Of a stretch of DNA of 64,000 nucleotides, positions 11,945 through 24,536 are shown piece by piece. Below the pieces are notes generated by a model. It did no database searches. It saw nothing but the letters and a program-made list of their open reading frames with translations, and was not told the DNA's origin. Positions within the stretch are counted from its first letter, which is position 1. The number at the start of each line of letters is the position of its first letter. The position numbers were made by a program, and so were the translations under genes. Origin of the DNA: Phyllobates terribilis (Eukaryota); contig NW_027362767.1 in assembly GCF_046119375.1 (NCBI RefSeq), forward strand, positions 44,826,001 to 44,890,000. The letters run 5' to 3'.

Positions 11945-12803
11945 GTAATTCCTATGTGACCTCCCCATTGATGGCTGCAGTGCTGGTTAGACTTTGGTTA
12001 TGTTTGATTGCGGCACTGCCTGGCATGGGGCACCGTATTATACAGCTCTGAGACTCTCCCGCATAGGAGACTGCAGTCCATAGAAGAGAAATCGCCATGT
12101 TGCACCCTATTAAGTTTTTGAGTGTTTCATTATAACTTGGTGTTGCCCAGTGAGGCTGGTATACTTACTTTAAAAATCTATATCAGATTGGCTGTATAAA
12201 ACTTTGTGAAACTTTCTCTGCTTAATCATAAAATGATTAAAAGACCGGACCCGTACAATGCTTAATTTTCAGTTTAAAATTTTGCAGCCATTCGGTGATG
12301 GATTTTCCCTGTAAATAGATCAGCCTCACCCGGTCTAAGAGATCTATTTAGCAATGTATGTAATTTGTGTTGTGAAATTTGGTGAAAGAGCCACCCTTTA
12401 AGCACCTGACTAGTGTTTTTTTTCCCCTTCTCCCAAAATCCATAATGTGTGTGTGTGTGTGTGTATATCTATATCTTTTATTTTTTTTCCATTTTTGTGG
12501 TTAAAAAAAATCAGATTTTTATGGAAGAAAGAAACAAATTTGCTTGTCACCTTCGACACTTTTTTTGCAATATATATTGTAATTAGTACAGAGATGACAG
12601 CTGTGGGGGTCCTTCATCGGATCCCTATGATTGCTGTTTTTAAATGCTGCTGTCAGCGGCATGTACTGCATCTGGAGCTCCCTCCCCACATGACGACCCT
12701 GGTGCAGACAGGGGTTAAATGAGTCTTCTCTTGTCCTGTTCTTGTACTGATGTTAATGTTATATTTGGGGTCTTAAGTCTCACTCAAATGATTATATTTG
12801 CAG

Positions 12804-12887
12804 GCAAATCTGAAGAAGCCGTGTCCATTCTGGAAAGATATCAGCCACTGTGGAATCCGAGACTGTGCTGTGCAACCGTGTCCCACG
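12804..12887 (+). CDS. ERO1A: ERO1A exon 3 ([28 protein letters not shown]; shuttle and regulatory cysteines)
   Basis: CAG acceptor, GTAAGT donor, 84 nt. Confidence 0.97.
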
Positions 12888-14032
12888 GTAAGTACCACCG
12901 CCCGCCTGTGCGCGCTGTCCTGCTACCTGATTGTGAATGATCTAGTGATATCGAATGACCACGTTTATTGGAGGGTTTGGATTTATAAGTCGCAGCAGCT
13001 GGAAAGCCGCAGGTATTATGATTTAATTCCCCACTTGCCTGATTCACTCCTGGGTAGGAAACCTTTCACTTACCAGCTGCTCCCGAGCTAAAGCCTCCCA
13101 CAGGGAACTGTAGTTTAGCAACAGCTGGAGAGAAGTGTCCGACCTGCAGGTGATCCTGTTGTCTGAAGGCGTGTAATGGAAACTGTGCAATGGGCGCTTA
13201 GAATTATGCACTCGGGTCAAGAGACATAATAGACATGAGTGACTTATGGGGGGATAAAAGAAAGGTGAAGAATGAAATATTTTACCTTGTGTCTGTGGAA
13301 GGATGGGGGGAAACTGCAAGTGAGAGCAAGAAGATCAAAACTGGTGACCCTGAAAGGGAGGGATGCAGGCGCTTTTCTGTATATTGCCCCCATTACCAAT
13401 CACAATCCGGTAGTACAGGAGTGGTTAATTGAATTTTATGAAGGGGCCTCATGAGAGATTAATCCTGTTTTCCTGCTGCACCACTCTGCGCACTGAGGCA
13501 CAGCTGGCGCAATGTAGTGATGTCACCGCGTCTGCTGTGCTCTCAGACTCACATGCTCCATAATGGAAGAGGGAGCTGACGGCTCCCCGTTCCATCATTG
13601 TGTTCATCAGTATCTGCCTCCTGATGCACATGAGACGCCGGGCAGGGGGCGGCCCCCGTGGTATGGGACACCACTAGATCCAACCCCAATCCAGCTGCAC
13701 CGGATCAGCCAAAGAGCCGCACTCTGCCCAAGTTTGTGTTAGTGTCTTCCACCCTGCAGTCACCAGGGACCCCCAAATAGAGAGAAGATTCTTTGCCCCT
13801 CCATCACCTTCTCCCTAACCAATCACCGCATATTCATGTCATCTTTGCTCCTATTTTTTCTGCCAACTCTCTGGTTTTTGCAACAGAAAAAAAATCTGCT
13901 GCTGCTTGATACTCAGTGTGTGCACATCGCCTAAGAAGAACTGAAATGTACAGACCATAATTTTTATTTATATATTGTTGATGTGATTATTTCTCAATTG
14001 CTATGTACTAAACTATTGTGTTTTGTTACTAG

Positions 14033-14071
14033 GATGCAGTTCCACCTGGTATAAAGTCTCCAGGATTTAAG
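14033..14071 (+). CDS. ERO1A: ERO1A exon 4 (DAVPPGIKSPGFK)
   Basis: TAG acceptor, GTTAGT donor, 39 nt. Confidence 0.92.
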
Positions 14072-16550
14072 GTTAGTTTTGAGTGCTGCTTTTTTTATTT
14101 TTTTTTTCCCAGTACCTTCCTAAGTGGCTGTGTTGTAATCTAAAAAAAATCTCATAGCCTTCAGGTCTTTACATTATAGAATTGCAATAAAATGTGGATT
14201 TTTATAAGATCTGTAGCACGACAGAGTCCCTCACATTAACTGGTTGCGGAAAGCACAACCACATAAAACGTCGGGCAGGTCGGCCTATTACTATGCAGGG
14301 AGCCGGCTATAAGAGCTGACAGATTTCTCTATAGATTAGGAACATATGGGTTTATTACCGGATTACTGTATACAGTCCTGGAAGCTGCAAACATCACTGC
14401 TTCCTCTAGACCCAGCGGTCATTGGATTGCCGGATGTCCAGAGGGAACAGAAGCTGCCGGGTGTGAACTCAGCAGCTCTAGCCTTAGCGTGAGTTATTAA
14501 GCAAATTTAGATACAGGAAAAAGCTGAGGAAAAATATATATTTGTCTCCCAGAAGTACTTTATGAAATTATAAGGGGGCACAATATATAAAATATGTTTA
14601 TAAAAAAAAAAAAAAAGAAAAGTCGCTGCCATTCTGAAACCCACATGTCCGATTTAATTATTAAATAATTGTTACAAACGTGGAACACAATTTAAAGTGC
14701 ATAAAAAAGAAAAAAAAACTTAAAATGCAAAAGAATAAACCTCCCACATATTTGTTTTTCTTTACATCCACTCATTACCACTGATATCAGTAAAAAAAAA
14801 AAGCCTCTTTTTGTAATGTTTTATTTTTCTTTTCTTTGGAAGGCTCGTCATCTTAATGTGTTTTCTAATTAAAGGCCAGAATCTGTAATAACCTATTGAG
14901 TTAAATTTTACAATGGTATTGTGAAGAAATATTCCATCATATTATTAAGATCTAATCATGATAATTTTATTCGAATGTTACCAATTTTCTATAAAGTTTG
15001 AGATCGCCCAGAATATTTGGTAATTGGTGCTCACTCCTCTTATGTGAGGCTTAGAAGAAGTTGATTTAAGATTTTGATAAAGAAACCTTTTTTTCTGTGT
15101 ATATTAGGCGGCCACTGTGTCAGCCATGTTGTTTCCTTTCTTTGCAGTGATGATGATGGTATCAGCAGCGCTCGGATTACCCACATACATAACATAGAAA
15201 CTGCTGACAGTGCACCTGTGGGGGGCGATAAACAGAAAGCGTTTTGGGGACTGAAATAATATTGATGACTGGTGAATGATTGTTTTGTGTAGATGTCTGA
15301 AAACTAAAGCCAGGGTGTCAGGAAATGGTAGAAAAATTGCTGAAAGTGGTGTATTTAAAAGCATATTATTTTCTATTAGGCCTGGCATGATGGGAGTGGT
15401 AGTTCTAGTTGCACAGCTTTGAGCCCTCTGTGTATGTGGTGTGGTAATGGATGTTTGCAAGGGACTTGACCCGGCTGGTGTGTTTGCTGTCATTGTGACA
15501 TCTGTGTGTGTTTTGTCATTTTCTTGCTTGGTTTGCGTACATCGTGGAGGGCCGTCTGTGACCCCGCAGATCCATATCCTGCAGTAATGGCTTCTTTCAT
15601 AGTCATGATGGGATTTTTTTATGTTGTAAGAGGAACTGTTATCTCTTTGCAAAACTTCCTTCCTCCTGATTATCTGCAGCAGTAGAGACCTGTCCTGCTC
15701 TTGTAAACTGAGATTTTCAGACGGCTTTTTTTTTCTCTCTATATACCGTATTTATTTCAGGAGAGTAAATACCATATGTACCTTTCACAATTTCAGGCTT
15801 TTGATACTAGAACAAGGAGATATATTTATTCTCCTCCTTAGGACTGTCATTACAGCTCTTATCAGTTGTCACCCATCTTTCCCCCAAACTGTGCATTTTG
15901 CATTATTTTTTGGGGGTCTATGGAAGAGTTTAAATTATTTGGGGATTTTTCCAGGCTCCCATGAGATCTGTGAGTCGCCCATCAACTTTTCACGTATTTA
16001 TACCTTGGGTCCCGATTAATCTTGAGAACCAAAGGAGCGAGGTCTCAGCTTCTTATTCTCGGCATAGCGCTGCTCCCACTGCACAGGGATTTGCTACAGA
16101 AGTTTTTTGGAGTGAAGGGGGAAGTTGCTGTATGGCACAGGCATAGGAACAAGATATGGGGTCACTGTGGAAGCGCTCAGTAACCTGATATAATTGTGTT
16201 GGTGAATTATGAATGATGCTTTGTATGGTTGATGTCAGCTGATAGCACATGACACAGCTCTGGCCTGACACCTGGTAGAATGTAGAATATATATATATTA
16301 TACACATACACACCATGGTGTTAATGGGTTTTTCTTTCTACACACTAAATGGGTTATAACTGTTTGATCGGTTTGGTCTTGCTCGTTGCACTCCCCACTG
16401 ATTGTCAAAATGGGGTCTTTGTGTCCTCTGGATGGAGCTCAAGTTGAGTTTATGGTATGATGCACTATTCAAACTTATGGCATGGACTAACTCGGATGAG
16501 CACCGCGCTGAGGTTACTTTGTAAGTGATAAAGCTCGAATGAAGCATTAA

Positions 16551-17630
16551 AGTGCGTGCGTGACCTCCGCTCCGCACGTCTCCTCCTGGTCAGTCTGTAG
16601 ATCTCTCTTGTGTGACCTCCGCTCCGTGCATCTCCTCCTGGTCACAGTCTGTAGAGCTCTCTTCTCTGTCCTCCGCTCCGTGCATCTCCTCCTGGTCACA
16701 GTCTGTAGGTCTCTCTTGTGACCTCCGCTCCGTGCATCTCCTCCTGGTCACAGTCTGTAGGTCTCTCTTCTCTGTCCTCTGCTCTGTGCATCTCCTCCTG
16801 GTCACAGTCTGTAGGTCTCTCTTCTCTGTCCTCCGCTCCGTGCATCTCCTCCTGGTCACAGTCTGTAGGTCTCTCTTCTCTGTCCTCCGCTCTGTGCATC
16901 TCCTCCTGGTCACAGTCTGTAGGTCTCTCTTCTCTGTCCTCCGCTCCGTGCATCTCCTCCTGGTCAGTCTGTAGGTCTCTCTTCTCTGTCCTCTGCTCCG
17001 TGCATCTCCTCCTGGTCACAGTCTGTAGGTCTCTCTTGTGTGACCTTCGCTCCGTGCATCTCCTCCTGGTCACAGTCTGTAGGTCTCTCTTGTGTGACCT
17101 CCGCTCCGTGCATCTCCTCCTGGTCACAGTCTGTAGGTCTCTCTTCTCTGTCCTCTGCTCCGTGCATCATCTCCTGGTCACAGTCTGTAGGTCTCTCTTC
17201 TGTCCTCCGCTCCGTGTATCTCCTCCTGGTCACAGTCTGTAGGTCTCTCTTCTCTGTCCTCCGCTCTGTGCATCTCCTCCTGGTCACAGTCTGTAGATCT
17301 CTCTTCTCTGTCCTCTGCTCTGTGCATCTCCTCCTGGTCACAGTCTGTAGGTCTCTCTTCTGTCCTCTGCTCCGTGCATCTCCTCCTGGTCACAGTCTGT
17401 AGGTCTCTCTTCTCTGTCCTCCGCTCCGTGCATCTCCTCCTGGTCACAGTCTGTAGATCTCTCTTCTCTGTCCTCTGCTCTGTGCATCTCCTCCTGGTCA
17501 CAGTCTGTAGGTCTCTCTTCTCTGTCCTCCGCTCTGTGCATCTCCTCCTGGTCACAGTCTGTAGGTCTCTCTTCTCTGTCCTCCGCTCCGTGCATCTCCT
17601 CCTGGTCACAGTCTGTAGGTCTCTCTCGTG
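16551..17630. repeat. ~54-bp pyrimidine-rich minisatellite (~20 copies), ERO1A intron 4
   Basis: Unit GTCACAGTCTGTAGGTCTCTCTTCTCTGTCCTCCGCTCCGTGCATCTCCTCCTG; GTCACA at 16801 and 16855. Confidence 0.95.
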
Positions 17631-18300
17631 CATGTGTGACCTCTGTTGGGTGATCGCCCTGGTGTGAGCCTTAATGGAGGACATATTGGTTACTAAGTGA
17701 CAAATTATCTACCGTGTGCAGAGATTGCATGTTGGTTACATGTAATAATTAGGCAGAATTGCCAATTGAGACTGTAGAAAAGCTGAATAGCAAAAGCTCC
17801 TATGACCGGATTGAACGTGATGAAGAATGACATCGCGTGGGGAGCGTTATGTTTGGCGAGTTAGTTAGATGAGCTGCTCTGTGGTCTGTCGCGGGGGAGG
17901 GGAGCCTCCATAGGCAGAAAGCCATTGCCCCGGGCTACTTGTCTTGTTGGTATTTGCTCACGTGTTTTATTTGCAGATTACATTGTTAATAATTACCGCT
18001 ACAAAGTGCACAGGGAAAATATGGTAATTGTGTTTGGCTGGCTTGTTGCCTCCATTAATATTTACATTGATTAGTTACCATGGTGATGACACTAAATCTA
18101 TTACACGTCACCGGATATTAGTGTTAGGATTGTGCATTTCCTGCACACGAGGGAAACTACAGATACATTACTGAGATGCCACTCATACTGCATTATATAA
18201 CAACTGCAGTCAGAAGTCTGCTGATCACAGGGGATGTTTGTATTTTGCAAATTGTCCTCTATGAACCAGATAATCTGATGTAGGGAAGCAAATATTCTCC

Positions 18301-19915
18301 TGACTGCACCAGCAGAATAGCGAGTGCAGCTCTGGAGTATAATACAGGATGTAACTCAGGATCAGTACAGGATCAGTAATGTAATGTATGTACACAGTGA
18401 CTGCACCAGCAGAATAGTGAGTGCAGCTCTGGAGGATAATACAGGAGGTAACTCGATCAGTAATGTAATGTATGTACACTGTGACTGCACCAGCAGACTA
18501 GTGAGTGCAGCTCTGGGGTATAATACAGGATGTAACTCAGGATCAGTACAGGATTAGTAATGTAATGTATGTACACAGTGACTGCACCAGCAGAATAGTG
18601 AGTGCAGCTCTGGAGGATAATACAGGAGGTAACTCAGGATCAGTAATGTATGTACACAGTGACTGCACCAGCAGAATAGTGAGTGCAGCTCTGGAGTATA
18701 ATACAGGATGTAACTCAGGATCAGTAATGTAATGTATGTACACAGTGACTGCACCAGCAGAATAGTGAGTGCAGCTCTGGAGGATAATACAGGAGGTAAC
18801 TCGATCAGTAATGTAATGTATGTACACTGTGACTGCACCAGCAGACTAGTGAGTGCAGCTCTGGGGTATAATACAGGATGTAACTCAGGATCAGTACAGG
18901 ATTAGTAATGTAATGTATGTACACAGTGACTGCACCAGCAGAATAGTGAGTGCAGCTCTGGAGGATAATACAGGAGGTAACTCAGGATCAGTAATGTATG
19001 TACACAGTGACTGCACCAGCAGAATAGTGAGTGCAGCTCTGGAGTATAATACAGGATGTAACTCAGGATCAGTAATGTAATGTATGTACACAGTGACTGC
19101 ACCAGCAGAATAGTGAGTGCAGCTCTGGAGGATAATACAGGAGGTAACTCGATCAGTAATGTAATGTATGTACACTGTGACTGCACCAGCAGACTAGTGA
19201 GTGCAGCTCTGGGGTATAATACAGGATGTAACTCAGGATCAGTACAGGATTAGTAATGTAATGTATGTACACAGTGACTGCACCAGCAGAATAGTGAGTG
19301 CAGCTCTGGAGGATAATACAGGAGGTAACTCAGGATCAGTAATGTATGTACACAGTGACTGCACCAGCAGAATAGTGAGTGCAGCTCTGGAGTATAATAC
19401 AGGATGTAACTCAGGATCAGTAATGTAATGTATGTACACAGTGACTGCACCAGCAGAATAGTGAGTGCAGCTCTGGAGTATAATACAGGATGTAACTCGG
19501 GATCAGTAATGTATGTACACAGTGACTGCACCAGCAGAATAGTGAGTGCAGCTCTGGAGGATAATACAGGAGGTAACGCGATCAGTAATGTAATGTATGT
19601 ACACAGTGACTGCACCAGCAGAATAGTGAGTGCAGCTCTGGAGTATAATACAGGATGTAACTCAGGATCCGTACAGGATCAGTAATGTAATGTATGTACA
19701 CAGTGACTGCACCAGCAGAATAGTGAGTGCAGCTCTGGAGTATAATACAGGATGTAACTCAGGATCAGTAATGTAATGCATGTACACAGTGACTGCACCA
19801 GCAGAATAGTGAGTGCAGCTCTGGAGGATAATACAGGAGGTAACTCAGGATCAGTAATGTAATGTATGTACACTGTGACTGCACCAGCAGAATAGTGAGT
19901 GCAGCTCTGGAGTAT
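18301..19915. repeat. 81-97 bp satellite array with a 348-bp higher-order repeat, ERO1A intron 4
   Basis: Unit TGACTGCACCAGCAGAATAGTGAGTGCAGCTCTGGAGTATAATACAGGATGTAACTCAGGATCAGT...; identical ORFs at 18505, 18853, 19201. Confidence 0.97.
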
Positions 19916-20886
19916 AGTAGGATACGTAATGTAAAAGTATGGATATTGCAAAGTGTTTCTACAAAAGCACTAGAATTTTACTTAAATGTGTGGTGGTCTT
20001 TATTCTTCAGCCCTCTCTGATCTCTTGTTATCTCTGCCATCTGGGGTCTGTCCTCGGTACATGTTGCTGATGCAGATGGGCACTAGGCGGTTAGTCGGGC
20101 TTTTCCCCGTACTTTCAGAATGACTTGTATTCCGTTACTTTATCAGCAGATCAGTTGTATTTGGCGTTTTACATAACTGCATTTTGTTCCACCCTCAAAA
20201 AATTCAAACAAATTGACAAAAATAATACAAGAAACCCTTTCAACTTAAAGATACGGTAATTGTATATCTGAAACTTGGCAAACTTTTTCTAAACCCATGA
20301 GACTTGTGCAGCACCGTGAGGGTGTATTCTCAGTCATATTGCCTTTTTTCTTGCCTGTGACCTGGCCCACAACCTCCATGCATGATCCTTAACATTACAT
20401 ATATTTGAAGAAAGTTTTATCACCTTTTGTGAAGGTCATGGAAAGTGTAGCTTGCCTTTATGTCCAGCTGTTCTAGAAAGATAATGGAGGCGGCGGGGCG
20501 GCTGCCAGGAAGATATCATGGCTATTTTGTAAAGTATAAGCCATGTTTGTATGTGATCCATTGCACCCAACCCCTATGGGGTAAGTCAGGAGGGCTGGCA
20601 GCAGTTCCGGGGCTGTCAATTATTATTGTGGTGTTTTTCCTGCACTGATACATTGTAGCAAACGGACAAACCAGGAGAGGGATTTGTGGTGGGATATCGG
20701 ACTCCTATGTAATTGTCTAGATGAGACGCCACCCATGTCCTCAGATTGCGGTACTGTAGCTCCATAGGGCAGAGCTGCAGCACCAGGCACGTCCTGTGGG
20801 TAGGTGTGATGCGTGGCTTTTTTTTTTTTTTAATTTTGCTTTAGCATCACTTTTTTTTTTTTTTTTTTATGCGGTTTGATTTACAG

Positions 20887-20969
20887 TACACAGAAACTGC
20901 AAATGTGGGCAGCGGAGAATTGGAGTGTGAGAAGGAGAAGAGGCTGGGGGCAGTGGATGAATCCTTGAG
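20887..20969 (+). CDS. ERO1A: ERO1A exon 5 (YTETANVGSGELECEKEKRLGAVDESL)
   Basis: CAG acceptor, GTGAGT donor, 83 nt. Confidence 0.94.
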
Positions 20970-21511
20970 GTGAGTGACGCTCGAAGGACCCATTTCAGAT
21001 AATTGAGGCCGTACCTTTTGCCGGGTATTAAACCTGTACTAGCACGCTATCGAAGACCTTGTGCTATTGGAGTTTTGCTGCAGCGGGATCTTTGGGTAAT
21101 TTATACATTTCACCAACTTAGTGTTTAACCCTCTAAGAGATGAAATAATCACCGACTATGCAACAAATATAATCATGCAAGTGGTGTAAATGCAAAATGT
21201 AAACCTTTATATGCAGCTCATGACTACTTGCAAAATCTTATTTTTGCTCTTTTTTTTTCTTTTTTCTCATTGGCCATTGTCCAGCTAATGTTTAATATTT
21301 TTTATGTTCGATTTGTTTGTAAGTTCGTTGTTTTTTTTTTTTCCAGTAATGTATTTAATGTGTGGAGCGTTAAGGGACCTTTTTTATATAATGAAATTTA
21401 TGCTAACTGATTATCCTCTTGCGTTTGTTGGTCTCCCTTTCCTATTGTGTTGTAGATATAATCTGTATGTCGGTAGTGTGACGCATGTTATTTTTTTCTT
21501 TTTACTTGCAG

Positions 21512-21588
21512 TGAAGCGGCTCAGGAAGCTTTCTTTCAGTGGAATCAACATGACGATTCCACCGATGATAACTTTTGTGAGCTCGATG
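21512..21588 (+). CDS. ERO1A: ERO1A exon 6 (SEAAQEAFFQWNQHDDSTDDNFCELD)
   Basis: CAG acceptor, GTATGT donor, 77 nt. Confidence 0.95.
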
Positions 21589-21823
21589 GTATGTGACCAT
21601 TGTGTTTTTTTTTTTTTTTTCTCTTTTCTATATTCCATAGAGGAAAGTATTGGTGAGAATATTAAATCTTATGACATGTACAGTATATTTTTGCTGAAAT
21701 GAAATAAAAACTAGATTAAAATAGGAATGGGAAAGCAAAAAAATGTTAAAAATAAGTTTGCAATTAAGTTGCAACTTAATGAAAGCGATTGTTGATGACT
21801 GTACATCTCTTCCCCATTTTCAG

Positions 21824-21944
21824 ATGAGGAGTCACCGGATGCAGAATACGTCGATTTACTCATTAACCCTGAACGTTTCACGGGTTACAAGGGATCTGAC
21901 GCCTGGAAGATCTGGAACAGTATCTACGAGGAAAACTGTTTCAA
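21824..21944 (+). CDS. ERO1A: ERO1A exon 7 ([41 protein letters not shown])
   Basis: CAG acceptor, GTAAGT donor, 121 nt. Confidence 0.97.
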
Positions 21945-23936
21945 GTAAGTGACTATTCAGAAAAAATAAAATTCAGCTTGACCTGCTCCTGAGTGAGGTT
22001 TTTTTTTCCCCTCTTCTGTGCAAGCTATTACAAAGACTGTCCTGTATTCCAATACAGTCAATGCAAGTAGACAAAGATAAGGGAACTGTTCAGTGTGCTC
22101 TCCACTGAGCAAATCTCCTTGTTTGCCTATTCAGATAACCATAAAACATTGTGTGTAATCCAGGACTTCCAAATCAAACATGTGAAGTAGACCAAGTAGG
22201 AGGTGCAAAGTTAACCCCCTGGGTTAGAAATGTTTGGATAGAGTTGTTACCTGAAATTCAATTTACTCCTGTGAACTGCATAAAAACTCCAAAATCTGTG
22301 ATTTTGATTTAAGACTAGATAGTAGCAGTGACTAAAAGAAACTTTGCAATTCATCATATCCGAGAAATCTGCTTCTTTCCCCACTTATGAGCCACTTCTC
22401 CCCCTCTCCTTGCTTCATAAACTTATCATTCAGTTTGAAAATCTGTTCTTCTCCAAACAAGACAGTCTACTGTTCAGTACTGCTTTATAATGTCTGAAAT
22501 TGACGCCATATTTTTTTGGGGGGTTTTATCTTTCCTTAGAGATCAAAAATGACCCAGCTGACGTCAGTTTTCTTGGCACTGTTGATTTACGGCTCATCGG
22601 CAGGGCTCGCACATATAGAAAAATATGCATATTGTTCCTCAATTAGCCCTGCCGCTTATAATATATGTCTCATCACAATCTAATTCGTAGAAATTCCCCT
22701 ATTCTATATTTTCTTTCTGTGCCTCTGCGTCCAGCGGATGCCTGGGGATGAAAGGAATGTGCAAATATGAAGGACAATGCTATTCTAATGAGTGTGATCT
22801 ATTTCCTTTGATCCTTAACAAGCTGTTTCCAATCTATTCAATTTTTGTACTCTTTATACGCAATACACATCTTCCTTCAGTCACTTGGCCCATATGTAAA
22901 CCTGTGTCTATGCGTCAACACATGTCTCAATTACCTGTCAATTGTGCAGCTCTTGAATGTTAATTAACCTGGTTGACTAAGATTGTCACTTCTCTTTGTA
23001 CATCGCCATTTTACATAAAGGCAGCCTTAGATTGCTAGCTCCTGTGTCCTTACTGCAAATGGGATAGGGCAGGAGGGAGAGGGATTTGGTATCAGGTCAT
23101 CTGTTGCTGGGACTGTCGGCTAGCTTTGCCTCTGCAATTTCATGTGGCATAGAGATGTTAATATCTTCTACAATACATATTTCTATGACCTCTTCCATAC
23201 TGCTGCTGCTTCTGAACATGTGCTTCATAGTGACGTTAGAGCAGTAGTCTCGTGTGTGTTGCGTGCAGTAGACGTCCTAACAGCTAGTCTCCACTCACTA
23301 GCTCAGAGACAAGTGAAATTGGTCATTGAGCCTCCAGAGGGGGGAGAATTAGTAAGATACAAGTGATATAACGTCCTGAAATTGTTATTAATCACCTACA
23401 AAGCTTATTCTGAAGTTCCCTGTAACGACAGGTGCACTTTAAACATTTAATTTCCCTTGTAATCCTTATGAAATTCTACAGACAAGTTGCCTAACTTGGT
23501 AAATTCTTATCTTGCACTGACTTTTGACCTCTGCCTTTTTTTTTTTTTTTTGACCAGTTACACAAATACTGAAAGTCAAAATTCTTCTGGCCCCCGTTGT
23601 ATTTGTGTGTGGCTAACGTCAGGATCTACTGATGACCTTCTGTGGCTAGACAGTGTAGAAGTTTGGGGATATTGGATTCCTGTATACCTGATACTTTGTT
23701 TCTTAGTTTTTTTCTTTTTAGCAAGCCATTATCTGAAAAGTTATACATTAGCAGTAAAATTCTTGTGTTGGCCAGCTGGCTGCTTTGATTGTTCAAGTCT
23801 GTTTATAAGAGACCGGTCAGTGGCCTTGAAACTAAAAAGTGGTGACTGACTTTTTTTTTTTTCCTTCCATGCAGTAGCAGTTGAGCTCCTGGAAAGTTTG
23901 CATGTAGACAAGATTACGGTATCCTAGTGAAACTAA

Positions 23937-24536
23937 AGCCCCCGTCTCACATAGCGAGATCGCTGCTGTGTAACGGTTTTGGTGACGCAACAACGACCTC
24001 ACCAGCGATGTCGCTATGTGTGACACTTTGCAGCGATCAGGCCCCTGCTGTGAGGTCTCTGCAGAATGTCCTGGACCATTTTTTGGTCGTTGCTCTCCCG
24101 CTGGTCAGCACACATCGCTGTGTGTGACCAGCGGGAGCAGCGATCAGGCTGGTAACTATGGTAAGCATCGGGTTACTAGGGGCGCACTTAGTAACCCGCT
24201 GTTTATCATGGTTACGAGCCTGCTAAAGTGAGCGGTAACCTCCCGCTCACTGTAGCAGAGTGGTAACCATGATAAACAATGGGTTACTAGGAGCGCGTGT
24301 GCCCCTAGTAACCTGATGTTTACCATAGTTGCCAGCCTGCTCCTGCTTCAGCAGGCTCGTAACCAGGAGCAGGACATCGTGGAAAGATTCTTTCCACGAA
24401 GTCGCTGCTCCCCTGATCGTTGGTGAGCCTGCCTGTTTGACATCTCACCAGCGACCACATAGCGATGAAGCAACGATCCCTGACAGGTCGTATCGTTGTC
24501 GGGATCGTTGCAGCGTCGCTAAGTGTGACGGGGCCT
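23937..24536. mobile_element. Palindromic MITE, PIF/Harbinger-like, ERO1A intron 7
   Basis: Terminal inverted repeats AGCCCCCGTCTCACATAGCGA / TCGCTAAGTGTGACGGGGCCT; TAA and TTA flanks; internal inverted symmetry. Confidence 0.7.

Noticed and set aside
16590-19951. Many 60-170 aa ORFs on both strands (e.g. TRRRCTERR, DCDQEEMH, MYVHSDCTSR repeats)
   Set aside because: They are translations of the 54-bp minisatellite and the 81-97 bp satellite; no splice or homology support.
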